Shown here one piece after another: positions 10,706 to 21,772 of a stretch of 64,000 nt of DNA. The DNA comes from Eukaryota sp. GEM-RC1 (taxonomy: Eukaryota). Positions within the stretch are counted from its first letter, which is position 1; each line of letters starts with the position of its first letter. Both the position numbers and the translations under genes were made by a program. The stretch is taken from NCBI GenBank assembly GCA_040285855.1, contig JAUFOQ010000003.1:310001-374000 (forward strand). The letters are read 5' to 3'. The notes under the pieces were generated by a model that ran no database searches, was not told the DNA's origin, and worked only from the letters and a program-made list of their open reading frames with translations.

Positions 10706-12445
10706 TTAATGTAATCCCTTTATTTGAACTTTACTATTGATTTTGGACACACGTTTCAAAGCCCTGGCACCTTTAGATCCAAAGGTGTTGATGCCTAGAT
10801 TAATATTCCTCACTGAAGTATCCACTTTCAACGCCTCTGACAAAGCTCTGGCACCATCATCTCCAATAGAGTTGTCCCACAGTGTAATTGCAGTAACAGT
10901 AGTATTAACTCTTAATGCGTCTGCCAATGCTATAGCACCTTCATCTCCAATAGAGTTGTTCCTCAGGTCAATACTTGTAACTGAAATATTAACTATTAAC
11001 GCTTCCGCCAAAGCTTCAGCACCTTCATCTCCAATAGAGTTATAGCCCATAATAAGAACTGTAATTGTAGCATTAACTCTTAATGCCTCTGCCAGTGCTT
11101 TAGCTCCATCAGCTCCAATAGAGTTTTCACATAGATCAATACTTGTAACTGAAGTATTAACTTTTAACGCTTCTGCCAGTGCTCTAGCTCCATCAGCTCC
11201 AATAGAGTTTTCACATAGATCAATACTTGTAACTGAAGTATAAACTTTTAACGCTTCTGCCAGTGCTTTAGCTCCATCAGCTCCAATAAAGTTATACTCT
11301 AGAACAATACTTTTCAAATTAGCATTAACTTTCAACACCTCTGCCAAGGCTTTAGTACCATCATTTCCAATAGAATTGAATGATAAATTTAGACTTGTGA
11401 TTGCAGTGTTGACTTTCAACGCCTCTGCCAAAGTATTAGTACCTTCAGCTCCAATGGAGTTGCTCTGCAGACTAACACTTGTAACAGTAGTATTAACTTT
11501 CAAAAATTCGACAAATACCATAGAAACAGAAGGCTCAACACGTACCTGAAGCTCCTTAAGACGTGGAAAGATCGAAGAAGACATGTTAAGAAACTTAAAG
11601 TTGCTCTTGTGTGCTACTTCTAGTTTCAATCCAGTAATTAAACGAGAAGAATCAAGAAATTTAGAAACATCAAATGTCCCTTTGACATACAAGAAAACAG
11701 AATGTACCTCTGCATTAAAGAGAGAAGCAAATGAACAAAGTTGTGGTAAGTCAGTGGAAAATAGATGAAACGTGTTTGTTTTGCAAAACACCTTGACTGC
11801 AAGAAGAGCCGATTCAAAGAAACTATGGCTTACATGGCCAACTGTCTTGAAGAATGAATATACATCTTGCTTCAAAATGACAAGGGGACGACGAGGTGCG
11901 TTGTTATTAACTCCAAGGTAAGACTCACAAAGAAGTTGTAACATGTGAACATGAATGAGAATCACCAAAGACTGTTGAAACTGAATGTACCTTGAAGGAG
12001 ATTGGAATGAGGATGGCAAAGAGGGAGGTAAGGGATGTTTAAGGTCAGCACTAGATTGAGAAGACAATGTATGATTGTTCAATGGATCAGAAGAAGACTG
12101 GGTAACAGAGGCAACATAGGTACGGATAGGGCGGCCATGGATCTTAAACATCCAGTACTTATCCAAGCATTGTTTAAGTCCTTGTACATCTAGAAATTCG
12201 ACAAAGAACCGACCACGCTTGTCACAAGAGGGTCGAACTTCAGTAACATGAAGAGAGGAGAATGCTCGCTGAATGTCGGCTTCTGTTGCACTGTAAGCTA
12301 CGTTGACGATTTCCGCAGTAAAGGGGGCTTCAAAGGGAAGTTCATAATTTTCAAGATGTGGTCGTTCGGTGAAAGTGTGGGGTTGTCGAGCAACTCTTGA
12401 ATTACAGGAGGATCGAGGGGGATCACTCTTTTGGAAGGAAGTCAT
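10706..12445 (-). CDS. eIF4B/eIF4H-like RRM fused to RI/NLRC3-like 28-aa LRRs
   Basis: LPFEAPFTAEIVNVAYSATEADI...KRGRFFVEF..LKQCL resembles the eIF4B/4H RRM. About 9 repeats of L..NSIG..GA.ALAEALKVN follow in the same ORF. Confidence 0.8.
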   Translation of the reverse strand: MTSFQKSDPPRSSCNSRVARQPHTFTERPHLENYELPFEAPFTAEIVNVAYSATEADIQRAFSSLHVTEVRPSCDKRGRFFVEFLDVQGLKQCLDKYWMFKIHGRPIRTYVASVTQSSSDPLNNHTLSSQSSADLKHPLPPSLPSSFQSPSRYIQFQQSLVILIHVHMLQLLCESYLGVNNNAPRRPLVILKQDVYSFFKTVGHVSHSFFESALLAVKVFCKTNTFHLFSTDLPQLCSFASLFNAEVHSVFLYVKGTFDVSKFLDSSRLITGLKLEVAHKSNFKFLNMSSSIFPRLKELQVRVEPSVSMVFVEFLKVNTTVTSVSLQSNSIGAEGTNTLAEALKVNTAITSLNLSFNSIGNDGTKALAEVLKVNANLKSIVLEYNFIGADGAKALAEALKVYTSVTSIDLCENSIGADGARALAEALKVNTSVTSIDLCENSIGADGAKALAEALRVNATITVLIMGYNSIGDEGAEALAEALIVNISVTSIDLRNNSIGDEGAIALADALRVNTTVTAITLWDNSIGDDGARALSEALKVDTSVRNINLGINTFGSKGARALKRVSKINSKVQIKGLH

Positions 12446-12906
12446 AACAATTAGACATCACTATGCCGAAAGTCAAGTGGAAGTTCAAATTCGTCCAGGT
12501 AGAGAAATACAAAATACTAACATCAATTGCGATTGTGCGTTTACATCCCATTACATGGCCAACATTTTTAATCATCAAAGTTTTTGTGGCAGATATAATG
12601 AAATAAATGGTCTAAAACTCAATATCATCAAAGCAAGATTCCTTAGAACCGAACCTTGTTGAAGCTTTGTCTTCATAATGCACACTGACGGATAATAGAG
12701 CTTTCGAAATCATTGTGGGAACTGCTTTTAGAATTGTAAAGACAATTCTGTTCTGCCAAAAGAGCGGTCAAAAATATAATCAACTTTTTTAGTTGACAAT
12801 ATTTTGCTGAAGGTCCAATCTTTGGATCTAAAGATTAATAATACCGTCCAAATCCAAATTTACAGTGTCTATCAGGTAGTTACAAGATGATGTCATCGAA
12901 AATCAA

Positions 12907-15488
12907 TTGTTCTACCACCAGTACAATGTACTAGTAGTATCGGAAATAACACAATTTCCTTCTCAAATTGTCAATTTAATGTCTGCAACCTATTTCGACT
13001 CCACCAACTATTCTCTGACTGTAGCCACTCCCTTAACAAGCTCTTTCGAACAAATCCGTTGGAGGGATTACCAACGGCGGGGTTCAGCAAACCCATTCCC
13101 TTCTCTTTTGCCTCCTCCTCCACTCTTCGAAGAATCCGTAGAGTCTACTGTTATTCCGCAAATCAAAACATTCTCATTTGGATCTACTTCCTTCTGTAAC
13201 AAACTCCACTCTCTTCAGAAAGAGAATCTACTTGTAGACACAATCATTGACTATGATGACGTTTCTTTCCACTGCCATTCTTTCGTCGTTAGTTGTTTCA
13301 GTTCTTATCTTAAAGAAAAACTTCTTCGATCTTCTTCAGTAGAGTTTGAATCACTTCCTTTTCTTTCAGATTCTGACCTTTTTTTCTTGGTTCTCTCAAC
13401 TTTCTATGGTCAATCTCTTCCTATTACAACTAAATCTCTTCCTCCTCTTTCCTTCATTGCTTCTCTTCTTCAATTTGAGGAGTTAAGTGACTTTGTTAAT
13501 GAGAGAATGACAAAAGGGTTGGGCAACTTTGAAGACAATAGTTTTCAATTGGACTTGACTAGTTTAGTTTCGAAAATGATCACGTCTTGTTCTAGAGATG
13601 TCAGTGTTTCTTACAAAAATACCGCTCTTACGATGAATTCTGTTCTGTTAGCTTTAAATTCTACATTCTTTTATAATTCTTTTACATGTGGCTTTGCTGA
13701 TTCAAATGTTCGAAGATTTGAATACTCTGAAGAATTTCCAGGTGTCACTGAAGAAGTTTTCTCCATGTTTTTGAGTTGTTCCATTGTAAATCTATCAAAT
13801 TTAATATTTCAAATATCTTGGATTTTTTCCAGTTATCGGTTTACTTCCAAGTTGACGAGCTTAAATTGGCTTGTACAGAGTTTCTTGCAACCAATTTTTT
13901 CTCAGCAAATGAGTTGATTCTTTTGTTAGAAATTTCAAATGAAAGAAACCAACTCATTTTCATTGAGGAAAATATTCAAATATTCAAGATTCTTTATACT
14001 GTTTTTGAAGACCCTATTCCATTAAGAGTTTCTTTTATCAGTATTTTATATAATGTTATTGATTTCCGTTGGGTAACCAACTGTTTAATGCTACTTTATG
14101 AAACAGAAGGTTTGCCGGCTTCAGAGTTATTTGTTGCTTTGAATTCCTTAACTACCGGAGAAGTTCAATTGTTTGAACTATTTGAAATTTTGTTGCCACT
14201 TTTTGAAAATTTACATTTTACTTCTGCTTTATTGGATTGGTCGGTCAAAATTTTTAAAAATGTACAGGATTTACACAATATTCCGCATTCCTGGTTTCTT
14301 GTAACATTGCGTGAAGTGGATAAAACCAAATGTTTTTCCAAACATTTAAATTTCCTTTGTCAAATTTTCCCCTCAATCATTACTACTGAATCTCTGAGCT
14401 TTTTAACTGATTTTTGTTTCTCCCCTGCTTGTCTTGAACTTCTTTGTTCAAAACTTCCTGGTGAATATTGTTTATGGTTAGCAAGAAGTCTTGTCAATTC
14501 CTGGAAGAATTCTGAAGAATTCAATCTTTCTTGGTCAGTTGATTCTTTTGTCAAATGCGTCGAATTTATTACTGTCTTGGATGGAAAACAATTTGAATTT
14601 TTAAATATAATCGTTGGTTTAAATGACGTTTCTCTCGAACCATTTATCAACTCTCTTATTTCTAACGGACCATCTGGTCTCTGGCCTCCACTTCAATCAA
14701 AGGTAGAGCTCATCGAGCCTTTTTCAACTGGAAACGAAGTTCAATCCAATCATGGGGAAGCTATCGATCTCCTTCAATCAGGTACTAATTTAAATCATGC
14801 TGAATCAATGTTCAAGTTAGGAAGTTGTTATTACTTGGGTTCAGATGGGAAACAGAATTTTGAAAAAGCAGCTGAATACTTTAAAAAATCTGCTGTGTTG
14901 GGACACGTGTTTGGTATGGTTAATATCGGATATTGTTACTACATTGGTAAAGGTGTTTCAGTATCCAGTACAGATGCTTTCTATTGGTTCAAAAAAGCAG
15001 CAGATTTAAATAATTCTGAAGGTTGCTATCGCTTGTCAATTTGTTATAATCGTGGCAAAGGAGTGGAACAAAATCTCGAAGAAAGTATTAGACTTTTAAA
15101 AATTGCTGTAGAATTAGGCAATGCTGGTGCAATGACTCAGCTGGGTTGTGCTTATGACATAGGCCAAGGAGTTGACAAGGACATTGAGTCAGCTACCAGA
15201 TTCTACCAAATGGCTTTTGAAGGCGGTTGTTCAGCTGGTATGAGGAACCTGGGGATATAGGTTAGAAACGGCGTAGGAGTACAACAAAGTAATGAAGATG
15301 CTTTTACATTGTTTCGAACGTCAGCAGAATTGAACTATGATAAAGGAATTGAACAACTGGTCAATTGTTACAAGAATGGAATTGGAGCTGAACCTGATTT
15401 AGATAAAGTAAGGTATTGGGAAAGAAGGAAGAAGGAACTAGAAGGATGTGAACCTATTGATAAGTTGAGGAGGAGAGGTTTGATGTAG
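12907..15488 (+). CDS. Tandem BTB/POZ + Sel1-like repeat protein (frameshift near 13776; in-frame TAG at 15258-15260)
   Basis: BTB motifs VDTII..DDVSFHCHSFVVSCFSSY and DVSVSY..LALNSTFF, then Sel1 repeats (SMFKLGSCYYLG, GMVNIGYCYYIGKGV). Sel1-like sequence continues in frame past the TAG to 15488. Confidence 0.8.
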
Positions 15489-16622
15489 TATAGGTTACTT
15501 GTGAGTCTAGGTGGTGTTGTAGATTCTCATTGAACATGATCTTTCTGATGTACTTCTTTACTGTTGTTTGATTGACCAATTAATCAGATTGGGTAGTTTA
15601 TGTATTTTACTGATTATCAGCTAACGTCTCTATTAAAGTACTTCTGTGCAGCTGAACACGTCATCACGTCATCATTGAGAACACCAACACTGATAGTAGA
15701 TAATTCGGTTTGTAATAGCAATGGTTATTGGGTTTGAACAGTAAGTGCAAAATTTGAATTCAATCCGAAATACGTCAGTTAGTACACAATATGTGCACAC
15801 TTGTAACAATTATACTGAATATGATTTCTACTGATTAGCGACTTAAAGTAATCAACAGGAAACGCATGACCAAATGTTAAAGACAGTTTTGAACTTTCTC
15901 GGCACATTGTATTGCGGTTGAAGTGACATTGTATTACCGTTGTCAGCCATTTCTAGAAATTTCTCGTTTTTGAACAAATGGTAGATATTCTTAAAATTTA
16001 AGTTTACGAAGATAATAGTATTATAGTAACCAAACTACAGAGATTATCATAGAACAACAAAGACTTAAAACAGCAAACTTTCAAATGCACAATATGTTTG
16101 CATTTATTAACGATGCTTGAAATAGACAGATTTTGAAAGCTTTAAAGCATTCAACTTTAAGCACAACAAGGCTGAAAGTCTCACAGGTTGTATCTCAATC
16201 ATACATATGATTATATTTGTTGTCCGATATGAAGTCGCATGTGCCTCCACTATAAACAGTCATTACATAGATATAGTGATAGAACGGTCCATTGAATTAC
16301 ATCGCAGTCCATTTTGATCGCTCTTACTACATATTTTATACATTGTTCATAAAAGTCCTCTTGAGTGCTGGTCATTAATACTGATCATGAGTATCTTAGG
16401 GTTTGTATTTCTGACAATTTCTGAAGTCCTACCTCCAGCGAGCACAAAGTGTATGTCAGTCTGAAATTGGTATTATTACATGTAACTCTGTCGACACATG
16501 GCAACTCAATGTCATGAATCACGGAACAAAATGTAATGAATCAAGAAACATGATATGTAGAGATCTAGGTTATGGTCTGACACAAACTCAATCTTTTCCA
16601 CTTCCATTTCCGTTTATATTAA

Positions 16623-18078
16623 ATGTCTATCCCGCCTGAGAAGGTTAACAGCCTTCTATCTGAGTTAATGTCGCACTACGAAAAGTCTCAAGAGGACAAA
16701 AAAGTGTCAGACACCGAAAAGAGCCAACTTCTTGCGCAGAGTATGAATCTCTAACATCTTATCTTAGTACAAAGCCAAGAGAATGAGCTCGCTGCTCTTA
16801 GAGAAACTTTTCTTCATTTGGATAACACAATCCACCAGTTCAAGCTTCACTATGATAACTACATCTCTCATCTTACGCACCTCCTCTCCTCCAACTCTAT
16901 CCCCTTTCCCTCCCTCGAACAATTCTGCAATTCACCTCATGTCAATCAAGAACCTTCTCACGTTGAACCCGTCCATAACCCCGTTACCACTCCCATTGAC
17001 CCCACAACCTGCTCAGTTGAGCCTGTACGTCAGCCCTCTCCAGAAGAAGAAGCAGAACCTCAGTCCACCATAGAACCTAGTCCCACACAACCCATCCAAC
17101 CCGTCCTACATCCTTCTACTTCCTCCCTCCAAATCATAACCGAATCCCAATGGACCTTCAACTCCATCGTCTGCTGTTCTGCTCTTTCTTCTGATGACAC
17201 CTTGCTTGCCGTTGGATATCAAGGAGGATTCTCAATCATAAACCTCACCACTAATGAACCTCGTTACTACCCTCTCATCAACAACCAATCTCAATCCCCC
17301 TTTGTTAGAAGTCTCTCCTTCTCTTCTGATTCCTCTTACATTTGTGCAGCCATGGAAGAACGACCAATCCTCTTAGTAAGCATTGCTGACGGATCTATCA
17401 CTGAGCTAGGAGTCCCAAACTCCGGTGTTACTGAGGTGACCGAGTCTTCCTCCATTTGCCACTCTGCTAATGGTAAGTTCTTCTGTAGTACAGATCAACA
17501 AGTTAAGCTGTGGGAATGTCAGAGTATGAGTTGTGTGGCAGCTTTTGGGTCTGAAGTGTTTACGTGTTGTGCAATAGCTTTGAACTCGTCCTATATCATT
17601 GCTGGAGCTGACAATGGCAATGTTCTAATCATTGATGTAGTTGAGAAGAAGGTTTTACACCTACTTTCTGACCATGAACGTGCTGTTCATCACGTGAACT
17701 TCTCTCCATGTTCATGCTACTTCGTCACGTCATCATTGGATAATACTTCTAGGGTTTATCATTTTGATAGGGATCATTGCCAGCTCATCACTGTGTTGAG
17801 ACATCATACTGATTATATTCTTGCTAATTGTTTCCAGTTCGTGTGGTGAGTGGTTGTTCACGTCATCAAAAGATCAATCTATTTGTGTCTGGGATTGTAA
17901 GCAGAATTTCGAACTGAATACTGTACTAAATGTTCATGATAATTCAGTAATTTCCATGGTTTCTGCAAACTTTGCAGATTTCTTCATTTCTACAGGAGGA
18001 GATTTACAAGTTAAGTTGCATCGAATAGTATCACCAGATACAGAAGAAAATGAGTTGGAACAATCAGATTCAGTTTAG
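16623..18078 (+). CDS. TUP1: Tup1-like transcriptional corepressor (N-terminal helical domain, Pro-rich linker, WD40 propeller); intron 16741-16767, frameshift near 17830
   Basis: Splicing gives MSIPPEKVNSLLSEL...QIQSQENELAALRETFLHLDNTIHQFKLHYDNYISHL, resembling Tup_N. WD40 motifs VCCSALSSD, FVRSLSFSSD, HTDYIL, TSSKDQSICVWD and HDNSVISM match Tup1 order. Confidence 0.7.
16741..16767 (+). other. 27-nt spliceosomal intron
   Basis: gtatga...ctaac...ttag. It contains an in-frame TAA, and its removal fuses the upstream ATG ORF to the 16818 ORF. Confidence 0.75.
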
Positions 18079-18747
18079 TTTTTATATTTTGAACAAATTT
18101 TGGGATTGATCCATCATTGTGACAAAATGGCAATCCTTTTCTTAGACGTGTGACAACTATTGTACATGTCTATGGTTCTCATCATTCTACTTGTTACTTT
18201 CTCAAGAAATTCGCAACAACTTCATTTTTAGATGATCAAACATCAGCAGTCAACACAAGACTTGTCAACAGTGTTTTGTTTTGCCACGTTTTAAGGAGAC
18301 TTTTTTTTTGTACTAAATGTTGTCATATGGCTTACTTTGTAAACACGAACATGTTGAACTTATCTTTAACGTCTTGGAGCTTGCTATAAGCGCATTTAAA
18401 AAGGTTAAAAAGGAAAAACTTTTTCGTTTTCGAATCATGTATCATCTTCTGGATTCTATCATCCCAGTTGCAAATAAAGCCACTTAATCTCTTTTGGAAC
18501 ATGATCACGTGATCTTATACAAAGCCTGTTGTTATTATGCAGACTCATAATTAGTAACGAGAGAAAAAATGAAAGACGGTTGGTATTATATTATTTCGCT
18601 AAATTAATGTATACATTTATAGAAAGTGTTTTTGTATTGAGTAAGCATTGTTTTCTCTTCCATTGTGATGAGTCTGTAACTGACCATTAACTCAATTTTC
18701 TAGTTTCATTAGAGTTCCTTTTATGTGCTACTTTTGTGTGTTAACCA

Positions 18748-19118
18748 TAGTTGTGGATACCTATGTCTCTAAAAACAGAATACCTACCAAAATACCATAC
18801 CCCAGCCTGAAACCTTAATACAGAACCTTAATACCCGTGCGAATGATTGAACATAGAATTAGATCTCTAACATCGGAACAGCCTTTCTGGTATCGACAGG
18901 TATCTCCGAAATGAGGAGACTCTGAGTAAGTGCACCACATTATTGTCAATATATTCTACACTGTATATATTTTCTAAAATGCACCACAAAATACAACTTG
19001 CACCACATAATCTATTCTTCTTCTTTCAAGAGCAACAGTAGACAATGTTTGTAGTTCAAAAGGACACAACGTTTATCAAATACCTATTTCAAAACCTCCC
19101 ATTGGGTATCCACCACTA
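18748..19118. mobile_element. Possible degenerate MITE
   Basis: Imperfect TIR tagttgtggatacc / ggtatccaccacta (13 of 14 match). No exact TSD. Confidence 0.35.
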
Positions 19119-19308
19119 TTGTGTTAAGTGAATCACACCAAAACTACACATACCGTAACTTGTATTGCTCTTTTTATCTTTATAACTCATATTATGAAAT
19201 TCAAATTCTACCGTACGTATAGTCATTATCCAAATACGGTTCATCTTCATTTTTTAATATAATTTATTGATAAACTTGCCACTTAATACATTGTGAACTT
19301 TAGAATTG

Positions 19309-20313
19309 CTACAACCTCTGAAAAGACAACTTCAAAGAATTAACAACACTAACAGGTAATGCATACGTGGCATCAATTTTATCCGCTTGAATTCCAGGGA
19401 AATCCAACAGAGACAAACCAGCAATACCAAAGAAGGTATGAAACATATCAGCAACATTACCAGGCCGATCACTAATTCCACCATCATCTTCATCCTGACA
19501 AGAGAGGATGAAATCAACAAGTTTAGAAGAGTTCAACCAGTTGATTCGATTCATCACAGAGAGAGCGCTGATTACCCACCAAGAGTAGCAAACATCAGAC
19601 TTCTTCATTGGACGACCACAAAGACCACCAGTATGGTCCTGTCGTTCAGCTAGCCACCAGCAAAGAGTGTCTTGTTGGGATGTAGAGAGGACATTGAGAG
19701 AGTGGAGGATCGAGAGAGTCCCAACAACACAGAACACTTGTCCAGCATGACTTTCTGCATCAGGACCAGAACCAAACCCACCATCGTTATTCCGGCATTT
19801 GAGAAGAAACGAGATGGTGAGTTCTTTGTCAAGGAGGTGAAGTCTATTAAGCAATGATAATATTGAAACAGCACAGTAAGTGAACCTCGAATCCACTTCA
19901 CCCCACGTGTCACCAAAGAAAGAACCATCAGATTGTTGTAGGGAAAGTACATAAGAAGAAATAGCATCTACTTGAGTCTCTGATAAGTCAGAAAGTGAGT
20001 CTATCAGCGCCAGTACTTGGAGGGCACTAAGTGTGTAAAGGATGTGAGGATCGTGTCCTACGTTACCACCAAAACCGCCAGAAGAAGGGCAATAACAAGA
20101 CATGACAAAGTGGAGCAAGCTTTCTTTGCCAATATCATGCTCTGAGCCCAGTAAGTAGTCCTCATTGCCCAGTAAAAAAAGTGAAGTAAGACCCCAATAT
20201 ACAGACGAAGCCCGTAATTGTTCTGTAACAAGGGCTTGGAGTGAATCAGTCGCTTTGGCTAGTTGAAGAATGTATTGTGCATGCTTCTGATGACAGAAAC
20301 TCATTTGAATCAA
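19309..20313 (-). CDS. RABGGTB: Rab geranylgeranyltransferase (type II) beta subunit
   Basis: Prenyltransferase repeats: YWGLTSL, GHDPHILYTLSALQVL, GDTWGEVDSRFTYCA, ESHAGQVFC, GRPMKKSDVCYSWW, DRPGNVADMFHTFFGIAGLSL. Confidence 0.95.
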   Translation of the reverse strand: MIQMSFCHQKHAQYILQLAKATDSLQALVTEQLRASSVYWGLTSLFLLGNEDYLLGSEHDIGKESLLHFVMSCYCPSSGGFGGNVGHDPHILYTLSALQVLALIDSLSDLSETQVDAISSYVLSLQQSDGSFFGDTWGEVDSRFTYCAVSILSLLNRLHLLDKELTISFLLKCRNNDGGFGSGPDAESHAGQVFCVVGTLSILHSLNVLSTSQQDTLCWWLAERQDHTGGLCGRPMKKSDVCYSWWVISALSVMNRINWLNSSKLVDFILSCQDEDDGGISDRPGNVADMFHTFFGIAGLSLLDFPGIQADKIDATYALPVSVVNSLKLSFQRL

Positions 20314-20534
20314 ATATTTTCACATGTTTGCTGGTATGGAGTCGTTCGAAATACCATTGAAGATCAATGGTGTGTTGCAACAAACAACGTTAGCTTGGCA
20401 AACCAATGTTTTTTGGTTCACAATACTTCTAAAGGTACAAATCAATTTTAAAGAGATCAATCAAGCAAAGACACAATCATGTCACAAATAAGTGAATGAT
20501 AAGTGAATGATCTAAACATCATAGTATGAATCAA

Positions 20535-20742
20535 TACTCATGCTCAGCATGAGTTGACTAATTGAAAGTAGCTCTGTCAAATTTGGAAACACTTCCAAGG
20601 TGTATTACTTAATGTATTCCAATGGATTACTATGCGAAACGAGAATATATCAGTACGTTATGGCTATTAATCGGATATAAATCGGAAGTGGAATTTGATC
20701 ACTCCACTTCAGGAGGAAATCAACACTAAATGCTGCCTACTG
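20535..20742 (-). ncRNA. Candidate Fanzor omegaRNA / structured 3' end of element 1 (displaced by a hAT insertion)
   Basis: Lies about 30 nt after the Fanzor stop once the hAT MITE is removed. Stems gaagtgga/tccacttc, ttggaa/ttccaa and actcatgc/gcatgagt. Confidence 0.4.
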
Positions 20743-20750
20743 GTTAAGGT

Positions 20751-21744
20751 CAGGGATCGGAATTTATTGTATTGTATTGTATTGCACTTTTGCAAACTGC
20801 AACAATAAATAATTGTATTGTTAATCAATAATCACAAAATATTGTGAACAATATTGATTCTATTTGTACTGAAAAATATCATTAACTAACATTTGCTAGT
20901 ATGATACAGTCGATTTTACAATGGTCATAGTCAGTGTTAATAATGACATTACTAGTTCATGGATGTACAAAAAGTAATTCACGATCGAAACACCACACAT
21001 CTATTGGTAAAAGCGATGGCTATACAAAATCGTTGAAGAAAAAATGAAATACCAAGAACAATATACACGTATTTCTACACTCTACTTAGTATATGGTCCA
21101 GCAGATTGGCGGTAACAAGTGTTTGAAGGTATATCCCATGAAGGTATATTCTCAAAATTCGTGCATTTGTTAGCTACAAAAAATGTCTTAGGGTGTCATT
21201 CATTCAGAAGCAGACCGTCGCCATTGATATAATGTTTGAAGACAATAAATGCTAAAGAAAAACCAGAATTTCACACGAACTGTGAGAGTATACTAACAGT
21301 AAGAAGCTGCTCGGTGGAAAAGACGAATCTCCATGTACCAGCAACATACTTGTCTAAAATAGAATTCATATAGTGTTCACATTGAAAACACAACAACCAA
21401 TATTTACTATTTATGGCGATAGTTTTGGACACATACATGACAATTTTATTCATTGAGTGGATGGATGTGGGATGCAGCGGTTGATAACTGCTGCATTAAC
21501 AATCGTACTTCACATGGTTGTCTCTAGGAGAAGCAGTACGGTCGTCACAATCATCTCTGACCTCAAAAAGTTGTCACTGATCTGTTTGGATGAGTAGATC
21601 TTAGGAAAGTAGACATGAAAAATAATTTGTATTGTAATCAGTATATTTTATTTATTGTATAATATTGTGGTACTCGAACAATAAATAATTGGGATATATT
21701 GTATTTAAATTATTTGTAGTGCAATTATTTAGTTCCGATCACTG
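20751..21744. mobile_element. Non-autonomous hAT transposon (994 bp)
   Basis: TIR cagggatcggaa / ttccgatcactg (11 of 12 match), exact 8-bp TSD gttaaggt (20743-50, 21745-52), subterminal tattgt/acaata repeats at both ends. Confidence 0.9.
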
Positions 21745-21772
21745 GTTAAGGTAGACTAAAAAGTTTGTAAAA

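Noticed and set aside
15258..15260. Alternative genetic code (TAG reassignment)
   Set aside because: This is a single instance. Conserved genes such as RABGGTB are open in the standard code and end at TAG/TAA at the expected place.
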